From: Vicugna vicugna
Taxonomy: Eukaryota
Length of the DNA stretch: 39,289 nucleotides
Assembly (NCBI GenBank): GCA_013265495.1
Contig: MU057990.1
Coordinates: 62,001 to 101,289, forward strand
Direction: 5' to 3'
The notes under the pieces were generated by a model. That model saw nothing but the letters and a program-made list of their open reading frames with translations, was not told the DNA's origin and did not search any database. This document shows, piece after piece, positions 1-12,200 of the stretch. A program made the translations under genes and the position numbers. The stretch's first letter is position 1; every line of letters starts with the position of its first letter.

Positions 1-207
1 TGAATGATGGCCATTCTGACTGGTGTGAAGTGATACCCAGTTGTAGTTTTGATCTGCATTTCTCTGACAATTAGCAATGCTGAGCATATTTTCATGTGCC
101 TATTGTCCATTTGTATGTCTTCCTTGGAGAATTGCTTGTTTAGGTCTTCTACCCATTTTTGGATTGGTTTGTTTGTTTTTTATTATTGAGTCATATGAGC
201 TGTTTGG
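1..207 (-). mobile_element. LINE-1 ORF2 3'-region fragment
   Basis: gatggccattctgactggtgtgaagtgatac...gttttgatctgcatttctctg...gagcatattttcatgtgcc is antisense L1 ORF2 sequence. Confidence 0.85.
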
Positions 208-314
208 ACTATACACATTTAAACCAGGACTGAATGAACATACTTTACTAAGACAGGAGGCATTTTCTTTCTGTAAGTCAGACTTATATAAAGGATGGAT
301 ACAAGGTATGGAAT

Positions 315-490
315 TATAGGATATGAAAACTAAAAGGGAACTTAGAGTTGGTTTTCAGCTTTTTCATTGCTTAGATGAGGAAACAGCCCCAGTATGGAGT
401 AAACGACTTACTCTGGACCACTTGTTTTGCTAGTTACAGCCACAGGATTAGACCAGGGTCTTCCAAGTTCTAGTTCACTGCTCCCCACAC
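315..490 (-). mobile_element. MIR SINE fragment (degenerate)
   Basis: agatgaggaaacag...acgacttac...gctagtt resembles the antisense MIR core. Confidence 0.5.
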
Positions 491-624
491 CCAACTGGTC
501 TGCATTTTGACATCAGGGAAAGTAAGCTTAAATTAATTGAAATTTGGAAATTCCATTTAACTTATGAACCTTTAAGCTAATATAACATGTCTATGAGGTG
601 AGGATGTGGAATAGGTAGAGGGAT

Positions 625-895
625 CTAGTACAGTGAGTGCTTTACATTGGTGGGTTCTAAAGTTAGGCTACCTGGATTCAAATCCTGGCTGTGTCACTTA
701 CTAGTTGTTTGACCGGGACAAGCTGCTTACCCTCTCTGAGCCTCAGTGTGATCATCTATAAAATGGAAATAATAATAGCACCTACTTCATGGGGTGATTA
801 TGAGGCACAGATGAGAAGGATACATATACAATGCTTAGCCTAAGTGAGTTTCTGACACATAGGCACACTGATTGATATTACCTCTGACTATTATT
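625..895 (+). mobile_element. MIR SINE
   Basis: ctggattcaaatcctggctgtgtcacttactagttgtttgacc...ctctgagcctcagt...catctataaaatggaaataataatagcacctac matches the MIR core. Confidence 0.85.
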
Positions 896-897
896 TA

Positions 898-920
898 TCA
901 TCATCATCATTATCATCATT
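898..920. repeat. (ATC)n short microsatellite
   Basis: tcatcatcatcattatcatcatt. Confidence 0.6.
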
Positions 921-1130
921 TTACTTCTGGGAGACTTTAAAAACTTGAACTGTGAGAACAATAGATTCTTAGTTTAAGATTTCACCCACCCCAGGTTACT
1001 CCTTTGTCCTAAGCCTCTACTCTTTAGTTCTCTCAGGTTAGAAGTTTTGTAATCATCTTTTACTCTCTTTCCTTTAGGCATATGGTCTGTCACTGAGTCC
1101 TATCTTAGTGATGTTCAATGGTTCTCATTT

Positions 1131-1260
1131 GGGGAGAAGGTACAGCTCAGTGGTAGAGCATGTACTTAGCATGCACAGGATCCTGGGTTCATTCCCCAGT
1201 ATCTCCATTAATACATACATATATACAAATAAACTTAATTACCCCACCTTAAAAAAGCTT
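1131..1260 (+). mobile_element. tRNA-derived SINE, Vic-1-like (camelid)
   Basis: ggggagaaggtacagctcagtggtagagc (A box)...gggttcattcc (B box), tail aaataaacttaattacccc; same family as the copy at 19246. Confidence 0.8.
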
Positions 1261-1295
1261 TAAGAAGGTTCAATTTTATTTAAAAGTTAACAAAA

Positions 1296-1398
1296 ATTTG
1301 TATATGTATGACTGAAACATTATGCTATACACCAGAAATTGATACAACACTGTAAACTGACTATACTTTAGTAAAAAGAATGCAAATTTAAAAAATTA
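1296..1398 (+). mobile_element. LINE-1 extreme 3' end fragment
   Basis: gtatatgtatgactgaaacattatgctatacaccagaaattgatacaacactgtaaactgactatact is similar to the reverse complement of the L1 3' end at 3900-3975. Confidence 0.8.
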
Positions 1399-1671
1399 AA
1401 TGGTTCTCTATTAACCCCTTCCTCTTCATTTCTATCCTAATTCAGGCCCTGATTCCCTCTGACCTGGATGACTAGTCAGACCTCCTAGCTTCTTTTTCCT
1501 GACTACAGCTTCTCCTTCCCTAGTCTATCCTATAGTTCACTGCCAGACTGACCTTCCTGAGATGCTGCTTTGATCCTGTTTCCCTCTGCCTTGGAATCTG
1601 TAATGAGTCTATTTTCTGCTGAAGCAAGGCCAAGCTCTCCTGCCTGACCTTCAGCTCCCTCTAAATCATCT

Positions 1672-1975
1672 CTGTCCAATAATGCCAGCCACACACAACA
1701 TTTACAGTTTTCTAGTAGCCACATGAAAAAGTAAAAATAAACAGGTGAAACTTTTAATAGGATATTTCATTTAGCTGAAAAATTTCAAAACATTATCATT
1801 TCAACAGGTAGTCAATACAAAAATAATGAGATATTTTCATTCCTTTTTGTTGTTCTAAGTCCTCAAAGGCCCCTGTGAATTTTACACTTACATCACGTCA
1901 CAAGTCAGCCTAGCCATGTTTCAAGTGCTTGGTACCCACATGTGCCTGAGGGCTAATGTATCAGGTAGTGTAACT
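1672..1975 (+). mobile_element. MER33-like hAT-Charlie non-autonomous DNA transposon
   Basis: ctgtccaat...ttttctagtagccacatgaaaaagtaaaaataaacaggtgaaa...tagccatgtttcaagtgct...cacatgtg follows the recalled MER33 consensus. Confidence 0.8.
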
Positions 1976-2947
1976 GTGCCCCTATAACTGTCCATTGTCA
2001 CCCCCACAAACAGGGTGGACCCAACTATTACTTCTTCCTGGTTTGTTAACACAAAATAAGTATGGTAACACCATGCCTATTTTATAGAGCTATCTTAAGC
2101 AAATGTGAAGTATGAAAGTGCTTTATAAGCTATAAGGCTCCATAAAAATGTATGCACGTTATTATCAGGAGTAAAGGTTTTACTGACATGAGATAGAATA
2201 TCTTTGGGGTAATTTGAAAGAAAAGAGTATGAAGAAGGTCAATGGGCTGTCCTGAATTCACTGATGAAAAAAATCAACTCCAAGCAATGAATGAATAATA
2301 TCAACATACACTTTCCCCCACTGGCTCTAAATAATGAACTTTTGGGAAGAATTTTTCACATTAATGAGGTTTTCTAGGTAGCTACATTACTCTGTAGGCC
2401 ATTTTCCCACTTCAGCCTTCTGAGGACTGGATTTAGGGGCATTTAGTTCCTCTCTTGAAGAGGTTAGACTGCTACCAAAAAGTTGATTGCTTTGGGTAGT
2501 AAATGAAGCCCACATACTTTCTAGCACTGAGGTCAGAGTAGCATTCAAATTTCTTGTATTGTCTAATTCATTGCAAAGGATTGAAATTGACCTAAAAACA
2601 GAATCCCAGTGATTCGGGTGCAGAAACAATTTGTAAAATGGTTTCAATTCATATTATAAAGGAAATTTTAAAGAGCAATTATGCCATCAGATTGATTAGT
2701 AAGACTACTATTAGGACACATTATTTTAAATATCATTGAGTTACAGGGTGTTTGCTTAAGTGGTACCCAAATCTTATCCCAACCCTTTACCAGATCAAGT
2801 AGTTCACTCATTTTTCTTTGGTCATGTCTTGAACTATCTTGTGGCTCTCAGGAGTTCAACACTGGCTGTGGATATAACTCAGATTGCTAAATGAAGTCAT
2901 TCTGAAATAAAAAAGCCAACTTTGTAAAGTGGCTTCTGGGCGAAGGA

Positions 2948-3705
2948 CCCCACCATTCACAGGTTTGCCCAAGCCAGAAAACTCAACCTAATGTATGACC
3001 CTTTCTCCCTCACCCATCCCCCTAATTAGCTACTAAATTTTTCTGACTCCACCTCTGAAATATTTCTTTAATCTGCAACCTCCTCTCCATCCCCACTGTC
3101 CTTGCTCAGGCTTTCATCACTTTTCTCATAAGCTATTGCAACATTCTCCAAACCAGTTTCCCTGCCTCCAGCTTCAGCTTCCCCTCCACCCCACAATTTA
3201 TTCTCCACCCCCCCAGCAGAATGTTCTTGCTAAAACACAGATTGGATCATGCCACTCCCCTAATTAAAAACCTCAAGTTATTTCCAGGGCCAGTAGATAA
3301 AATCCAGACTACTGAGCACAATGTACAAAGCACTTTACAATCAGAGCCCAACTAATTAGCTTTGCCTCCTGCCATGTACCCAGAGCAATGATCATCAAAT
3401 TACTTGCGGTTTTCCAGGATGCCCTATCCTTTCGTAAATCCCCTGCTCTCTTCCTTTGGCCTGCCCTCTCCACTCCTCACATCAGTGTGGGGATCCCATG
3501 ATCTCCTCATGCCATTAGACTTCCTCAAGTGCCCCATCTTCTGTGACAAGCCTTCCCTAACGCTTGGACATTTGTTCTTCAGTCTCTGTAACTGCATTCC
3601 TTATTCCTTTGTGGCAGGAACTCCTCAACGGCTAATTCCTCTCTATGTCTCCAGCCTGTAGCATTCCACTCAGCACAGCAGAGTTGGTCCATAAAATAAA
3701 GAATT
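2948..3705 (+). mobile_element. L2 LINE 3' fragment
   Basis: ccaccattcacaggtttgcccaagccagaaaact...tctccatccccactg...ttgcaacattctcc...ggatcatgccactcccc, typical pyrimidine-rich L2 3' region. Confidence 0.75.
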
Positions 3706-3844
3706 GGTGCTAATCCTCCCAGCTGTATGCCTTTCTCTTCTACTCTAAAGAAGAAAACTAAGTTTTGAATTCTGTGTGATTTATAATCATCTCCTGATAT
3801 TTCTAGGTATTTGATGAGGAAAATTTAAATCATAATCCTTCCTT

Positions 3845-4471
3845 TAAAAAAAATCTTTATCCTAGAATATTTATTTATCCATGTGAATTCTTTTTTTTTA
3901 AGTTGAAGTATAGTCCGTTCACAATGTTGTGTCAATTTCTGTGGTACAGTATAATAGTTCAGTCATACATATAGATACATATATTCATTTTCATTACAAG
4001 ATATTGAATATATTTCCCTGTGCTATACAGAAGAAACTTGTTTATCTATTTTATATATAGTCATTAGTGTCTGCAAATCTCTAACTCCTAATTTATCTCT
4101 TCCCACCGTCTTCCCCCTCACCAGTAACCATAAGTTTGTTTTCTATGTCTGTGAGTCTGTTTCTGTTTTGTAAATAAGTTCCTTTTTTTAGGTTCCACAT
4201 ATAAATGATACCATATGGTATTTTTCTTTCTCTTTCTAGCTTACTTCACTTAGAATGACAATCTCCAGGTCCATCCACGTTGCTTCAAATGTCATTGTTT
4301 TATTCCTTTTTATGGCTAAGTATTATTCTGTTGTATAAATATACCACAACTTCTTTATCCAGTCATCTGTCGATGGACATTTAGGTTATTTCCATGTCTT
4401 GGCTATTGTAAATAATGCTGCTATGAACACTGAGGTACATGTATCTTTTTGAATTAGAGTTCCCTCTAACG
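3845..4471 (-). mobile_element. 5'-truncated LINE-1 with target-site duplication
   Basis: Antisense L1 3' UTR/ORF2 end, T-run at 3891-3899; direct repeat taatccttcctt at 3833-3844 and 4472-4483. Confidence 0.88.
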
Positions 4472-4844
4472 TAATCCTTCCTTCTAACTAAAGTTTAGTT
4501 TGTCTAATTCAATAAGATTTTTCTTGGGCCACAAGCAATTATTCTCATGTCCTACTTTCCCCAGTGACTAAAAGTCATACATATAGTCTGGCCAAAGGAA
4601 TAATACATGGAAAGGTTTTACCTTTGGATTCCTTGATTTATAGGATGTGTTAGGAAAAACAAAGCACAGTTTTAATTTCACAGAAGGCCAGACTACTGGA
4701 CTGGAGTGGATCTTCACCAGGATCACCTTCACCTCGTATGGTTATGGAGGTTGTGTACTAGTCAAGCCTAGGGAGCACCATTCTCATGGGACACAATGTG
4801 AACAGCTCTCCAGGGTGGTATCATGCACAGTCTTATGCAGTTTC

Positions 4845-4945
4845 CCTGTTTATCTAATCCTCTTCATTTTCAGACAATGAAACTTAAGTCCTAAGAGCCA
4901 ACAGATTTGCTCAAGGTCACACAGATACTTCATAGCGGGGTACAG
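4845..4945 (-). mobile_element. MIR fragment
   Basis: cattttcagacaatgaaacttaag...atttgctcaaggtcacacag. Confidence 0.6.
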
Positions 4946-6067
4946 GCAATCAGCTCCTTTGCTGCCTCTCAGTCATTCTGACCCAGATTGCTTTAGGAGA
5001 CTGTGAAGGTAGAAAAGATAGTGTTTGCTATATTTGTATGGATAACAGTCTTTAGCTAAACAGGAAATTTAAATCATTTAGTTAACTCTGCATTATTTGA
5101 GCTGGATTCCCACCTCCATCTGTACTGGTCTGGTTGGCATGACTTTGACCTTCAGCATATTACACTGCTGCCCTTCAGGGCTACCAAGACTCAGATGGTG
5201 GTTTGTCTCACCAAGTTGCCAAACTGTATTGTCCACTCTCTCCCTTGCTGGCCTAGCCCTCTGTGTCCTACTGTTAGCTGCCATCTTCTTTTGGCATCTC
5301 TTCTTGGCATTTGGTGCTGCTTTGTTTTTATAGCCATCGCTGACCATCAAAGTGATCCTTTCCTTCTATTTTACAAACCATGCAATCTGTTGGCTGTTGA
5401 CCTTGGGTCTTTGGTTCTCCGCTGCTGTTCATAGCTGCTGGGGGTGCCTAGGCGTTGCTGCTTTTATGCCAAAACTTTTTGGTTTGTTTTCTTTCCCCTC
5501 TATTCTAGATTTAGGGCTTTCTGAATGCTTGAAGATGCCAGAAGGGTTGTCTCCAAATAGTCTGGCTCCATTCCTATAATTCCCCTTTTACTCTTGTTTA
5601 AAGTGAAAATATTGTTTGGGAGGAAGAATCTTGGTTAGAAAACTTCATGTAGATCAGACACTCAATAGCTAGTTGTCTATATCAAGGACAATACATTAAA
5701 AAATTACTCCTTCCTCTTCCCCTTTCTCCGTGCTCATGATCAGTGTCAAACTAAAGTAAATACTGAGGTGTTTTGGTAGGTTCGATTGAGCCTGAATAGA
5801 AAACTAGACTTCTTGAGCCAAAGCCCTCTAGCCATAATGGACTGAATGCATTGTTTGCGTATTTGCTTTTGATCATTGATGCTGGCAGATCTTTCTGAAA
5901 CCAATTGCTTGCTTTAGTTCCACTTGATCAGTGAAGATATAGAATAGAATTAGATTAAGGAACTATAATTCATTAGAGGTTTGATACTTGCTATTTAGTG
6001 GTTGTTTGTACTTCATATATTGTTCATTGTATAATTGGGAATTTCTTTGTAAATGTTTGATTTTCAG

Positions 6068-6217
6068 GCTGGTTGGAAGGAAAATCACGCAACATTCATG
6101 AGTGAACTAAAAAATCTTCAGGCTTCTGGACTGACTACTCTTGGTCAGGCTCTAAGATCCTCATTTGATTTGTTAAATCTCAATAGATTAATATCTGGAA
6201 TAGACAATTATGGACAG
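6068..6217 (+). CDS. INTS6L: INTS6L coding exon (likely exon 3), vWA region
   Basis: ttttcag|GCT...CAG|gtaaaa; [50 protein letters not shown]. Confidence 0.95.
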
Positions 6218-9200
6218 GTAAAAAAAATTTTGAGTGAGTACAGCTAATTTATTTTGGTGACTTGGGGTAAGAATTGGAAATTGGGCATGGTTACCAAGTT
6301 TTCTGCTACTTTTCATAAGTTCCAAAATGAGGGCCATGTATCTTTTAAATACATACTTTATCAAAAATCCTTTTGGGGGGGTGTCTTTTATGTGGCTTGA
6401 CCATAAAATAGTTAAAATTGCCTAACCCACCAGAACATCAGGTATAATGGGATGAATAAATTGCTGAGAAATATTAGAACAAGACAATTGAAGAGAAACT
6501 TTCAGATCCCTTGACTCCCTCATCCCTCCCAATTCAATGAAAATGGGCTAGAGTAAGAGGAAGGCAGAATAGCAGTTGCTGCTGCTACCATTGCACTTTT
6601 CTAACCGTAAAAACTCTGCTCACAATAGCCAGAGTCACTGTCCAGGTCGCAGAGCATTAGTCACTAATGTCCCTCTCTCTGTGCCAGGGTTTTGACTCAG
6701 GTGAATGGATTCACAGGTGTGGGTGATGCTGTCATTATAATCTCTTTATATCTTTCTTTTATGATTATTTGGAAAGCAGAGGTAGAGAGGGACTTGGACG
6801 TTATAGTTTGGGGAGTTCCTGAATTATAAGACTTCCTCAGTTTATTCTGAATGTTACCTCTTCAGGGATTGTTATTTTGATTCCCACCCACTTCAGTCCC
6901 TAATCTTTTCCTTCTTATTTATCCAGGCAAATTTTCTCACACACTTGAGAGATCACTGGCAAGGCAAATGTAAAAGCTGAAGTTCAATTTTATTACTTGA
7001 CATGGCTCTAATACTTTCTAAATGTATTTTAGGGGAGAAATCCATTTTTTTTAGAACCGTCTATTTTAATTACCATCACAGATGGAAACAAGTTAACAAG
7101 TACTGCTGGTGTGCAAGAAGAGGTGAGATTTCATTTTTTTAAATTTCGTTTAAATGGCAGAGAACATGTAGTTATTTCTGTGGGAGGCATAAATTTCCAG
7201 TTAAGAATAAGTTTGATCAGATCTTCCATCTTGATAATCCTTGAAAGATGGCCTCATTTTTATTGAGTATGTCAAAGAAAAGCGAACCCTTTAACTTTAA
7301 CCTTCTTCATTTCTGTATGGGTGGTTATGATGAAACTTTTCTAATTTTGCTTTATCAGCTTCACCTTCCTTTGAATTCTCCTCTGCCTGGAAGTGAACTA
7401 ACCAAAGAACCTTTTCGTTGGGATCAAAGGTTATTTGCCCTGGTGTTGCGTTTGCCTGGATTGGCTTCTACTGAACCAGAGCAGCTAGGGAGTGTACCAA
7501 CTGATGAATCTGCCATCACACAGATGTGCGAAGTCACAGGAGGTATTGGCCATATTTACTACTTCTAAAGGGAGAATTCCAAGCAGCAGAGTATCGTTTT
7601 CCTTAAATGCCATATCCAGTGTCATTTTCCTTCAGAATCTTAAAGCTCTGCAGCTGAAGCTCATCATTAGTGTGATGTTTGCTGCCCATGTAGTTTTGAT
7701 TATTTCAGGTTATAGTTTAGGATTTCAAATGCTTGTATTGTTAAGTAGTATTTTATTTGATCAAACTTGGACTATTTGTTGTTGTTGTTGTTTTTTGTTT
7801 TTTTTGTTCTGGTACAGGTCGCTCCTACTGTGTTAGAACACAAAGAATGTTGAATCAATGTTTAGAATCTTTAGTTCAAAAAGTTCAGAGTGGTGTAGTT
7901 ATTAACTTTGAAAAAACAGGACCAGATCCGCTTCCTATTGGAGAAGGTACAGTAGACAACTTTTTATTTTAACCTTAAAGTGTTATATAGGAGAGTGATC
8001 TGAGAGTGGGAAGACATTAAACTCATCACAATGGATACCATCTTCACTCTCCACATGCATTCAAGTGCTTACAGATATCTATCCAAACAACTGCCATTTG
8101 GTCATTGCCTGTGTATATGTTTCAGGTGGCCAATTTCTAACTTTAATTCAATGTCAAGTCTTCCTAAGAAAATTCTTCCTTTTCCCTACTCACTTCGTAT
8201 TTCTGGTCCCAGTCTTGGGATGACACTGAATTCTTCACCTCTCTATTCATGAAATATATGGAGATTCACTATATGGAGTGCCGCTTAACGAGCCATCTGG
8301 TTTTGGTCTTGTGAGCGCCAAATGTGCCAAGCTATCTTTAGGAAATCTGCGTTTGTTACCATACATCAGCAAGAGATTGTGAATGTTTATCCGGGAACTG
8401 CTCATATTCTAAAAGATCCTACACCAGTATTTTCCTGGCCACTTTTAAATTTTAAATTTTCTCTTCAAATGAAATTTTCCAGAAAGTGCAACATCTCAAA
8501 ATCTGACAGCAGAGCTACTTTTGTATCCGGAAAGGAAATCCTACCCGCATTGCAGGGCTTCCTCAGAGCAGCATTCTAGGCCATCACTTCTCCGCTTTCC
8601 TGTCAGTTCACACACATACACACACATGTGTGCCTAGCCTCCATCGTTACCATGCTGCTTGTCTGATCTAATCCATGCATTTTACTCACTGTGACTACAA
8701 TTAGTGGTAGCTGCCTGGAGAAGCAAAGGGGGTAAGTGTAAAAGGGTAGAAAGACACACATTTCTTGCTGAAGCGGTGGAGCCTGTGGTTCCTGACCTTT
8801 TTAGTTCCCAGAATCCTTTGAGAAGCTATTGGGAAAATAGAGACCCTTCTCCCTAGAAAAATGGCAACACATACACACAACGTAATTTTGTATTTAATTT
8901 CAGGGGTTCTTGGACTCCAATTTAAAAACACCTGCCATAGAAGACTGAGGCCTCACAGCCTATTTTAAAGTAAATTAATTGTAAAGGAAGGACATATTAT
9001 ATTGCTAATGACTGACTGCTTAATCCATAATTTTGTGTTTATTACCTTCACATGACCTGGGAACTTTCACACTGAAAACCAATTAGATGGAGTCACATAA
9101 CTAGCTCAGATAGTCTTTCTAGCTTCACTTCTCCGTTGTCCAAGAGTTCTTAACCTTCGAGATTCTGATCAAAGCTAAGAACGGGCTCCTCAGAAAAATG

Positions 9201-12200
9201 CACATCCCCAGAATTGTGTGCTCAGCTTCAGAGGGAGGGGTCTCTTAATCCCCTGAAGCCATTACATGTATTCTCTAGAGCCCCATGGACCTCAGTAAAT
9301 CTGGTCTAAGGTAATTACTAGTTTAAAGTAATGCTTAAATAAGTAAATCGAATGATATGTAATTTAAGAAAAAACATGAGACAATTCATTAACACACATC
9401 TTTTACAAATATAATTTAGACTAATGAATCATCACATTGAAAGTTAGGTAACTTTGCCTTACCCTGTTCTGGGGGGCAAATGAAATATGCTAATTTAAAT
9501 AATTAAATTGCATTCAGGATATATTATTCAGCATTATACAAAGCCCAGTATCCATGGAATTTTAATGGTGAATGGGGAACTATAATGAATTGGTCCACTC
9601 AAACTTGATGCATTTGCTGTGTTCCATCCCCAGCTACCTACATAGATTGTATTGTCAGCATTCCTCTACCTTTGAGTGAATTTGTCTTTGTGGTTATTGG
9701 GTCTGTTTAGTAAAGAATACTTTTTTTTTCCATCTAATTGGAAATAGAAAATCGAAATGGAATTTATGACCTATTTTGTCAAATTCCAAAAATGTAGAAC
9801 TATACCAGGGGATGAACAATTTCATTTGCCTAATTTGGAAAAATAACTATAGTGGTTTAGTGTGTTTAATTTATGTGGCCAAATCTCAGAAAATTGGAAA
9901 CTAACTTTATATCAGTTTTCCACATATTTTGGTTGTAGTTAAGGATGAGGGGGCTGGGATGTTGGATTAGATGGGATGGATTAGATGATGAAAAGAGTTG
10001 CTGGAAAGAACATTCAGAAATCCTACTAGAGTCACTGTTTTTTTCCTTCCATTTTTCATGAGTCACTGCTTTGGTTTTGTTTTGTATTTTGCTTTTAGCT
10101 AAAAATTTTGTACAAGAAGATCAACAGCTGTAAAAAGAAATTCATGCCTTAGTCTGTCTTTTGTTTAACTTCTAGATGGACTTATGGATTCATCCAGGCC
10201 AAGCAATTCATTTGCTGCTCAACCATGGCATAGTTGTCATAAGCTCATTTATGTACGACCCAACTCTAAGACTGGTGTTCCTGTTGGACATTGGCCGATT
10301 CCAGAATCTTTTTGGCCAGATCAGAATTTACCTTCACTAGTAAGTGTCATAAAACAAAAAAGGTAAATGTCATTCTGGATTTTCAATTTACTGATTACAG
10401 AGAACTTTTAAAATAGCTTGGAGGTTTTTAAGCCATGCCTTCTGAATCTTACTGGAAAGTCTAGCTTGTACTTAAAAGCAACAGAGGACTTCCTTTCTGT
10501 TCTACCATTCTTTCTTTCAGTTGCTTCTGCAACTTGAACTGCCCTCTTTGGATGTTAAAGCATTGTTATTTTTGATGCTGTTGCAATCTGTGACTTGGTT
10601 TTTATTCCAGAGCAGCTGACTTGATTTACATGGTAAATACAATGTCTAAAGAGCACTGACATTGATTTTCATGTCCATCTTCAGGAAATTAGAACTTCAT
10701 TTGCACCTTGTATACATTCTAGAAACATATTCAAAGCAGAGGTCATTCTCCTTCCTCTCAGGGAGTCATTAGACACCAAGTGGAACTTCGTGGGCCTCCT
10801 TTTCATCTTTTTACAATCAGTGGACTTGTGCTCCTTGGCAATGCACCTTTCAATACTGGGTCATTTAGCAATATTTTTAAAATGATTTCTAAGCCAGGAT
10901 TTGTCTTTTTGTTTACTGCATTTGGTAGAAGAGGGTTTGATTTTGTAGTTGCTCCTAGCACCAGATGAATTGGCCTGGGGGGGGCGGAGTCTAGCAATAA
11001 GAGAAACCATATGAAACCTGCTCTCCCTTTCATCTTCCTCCCTTGCCCCAGCCAATATAAAAGGGCCAGAGTAATCCTTGTGGGGAGGATGGGGCACGAA
11101 AAGATTACTGCTGTGCCAGTTTGGCGTTTTTCTGGTTCAGTTAATCTCTAGTTTAAGTTTTAGGCATTTTTGACATGAACTGTGTTTTCTCCTGGATTAC
11201 TATTTTTAGGCTCCTGCACTATATTCAGGAGTGGCCATGAAAGTCCAGAATGTATGACTGAAGAGCCATCCTCAGCCCCTGCTGGGGGTGAGGGTCCATC
11301 TCCTCCTCTGTCCCTCCAGGCACCAAGGTGTCACACTTGTCGAACCTCAGGGCTCAGTTACTCTCAGCCCCTTCAAACCCGAGTGAATGTTTTAGTTCTA
11401 AGTTTACTTCATTATTGTTAGTGATGGGTTTCACACATGTCTTTTTATAGATTTCAGTATAATAAGCCAGAAAGAGTTCACCAGTTTAATTAGAATTAAA
11501 ATCAGGGAAAGCTGGAATGGAAGATATTCCAGGTAAGTCACGCATAGCTCGTGTTACCTTTCCTGCAGCTTTAAAAGCATGTTGGAGAGCTAGTTCTCTC
11601 AGCTCCCGAAACATCTTGTAGGTTTGTAAATCATGAAGGTGAATAAGCACGTTTTTCCCTTTCATAAAGGAAACAGAGATGTTTTGTCATAGTCACATTA
11701 GCCATACAGATCTCTCAGCAGAGGTAGGTAGGGCCATGTCTCGCTCTTGACTCAGGGACCTGTCCTGTCTCCTCTCTCTCTGGCGCTCTCCATTACCACA
11801 GGCTAAACCTGTTAATAAAATGGCTGCTCCATCAATCTGCTCCAGTACCCTAGATGCATAGGCCTTTCAGCCCAGCCAAAAGCATCCCAAGCTCTAGCTG
11901 TTCAAGGAAGCGTGTGGGTGTGAGAAATGCTGTAAAAATTCATCTGCAAAGAAAATTTTAGCCGGGCCCGGGAGTTCTGACAGGCTCACTGTCAGTCGCT
12001 ATCTTGCCTTTTCCACACCCTTACAGTTTTTCATCTTGCTTGTTAGTGGCTCTAGCTCTGTCATGACCTCATGAGAAATCTTCACGGATTTCTTCTTCCC
12101 AAGCAGTGTCTGGAATGTCTGTAACCTCATGATACAAAGGAGTAAGGGGCACATAGTCCTTGGACATCACAAAGTGGATCTGAATTTCAGGGTTTATAAT

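Noticed and set aside
1131..1205. tRNA gene (also at 19246-19322)
   Set aside because: A and B boxes are present, but a family tail and TSDs follow, so these are SINE heads.
11977..11995. 7-bp hairpin ctgacag-gctca-ctgtcag
   Set aside because: Too short to distinguish from chance in 39 kb.
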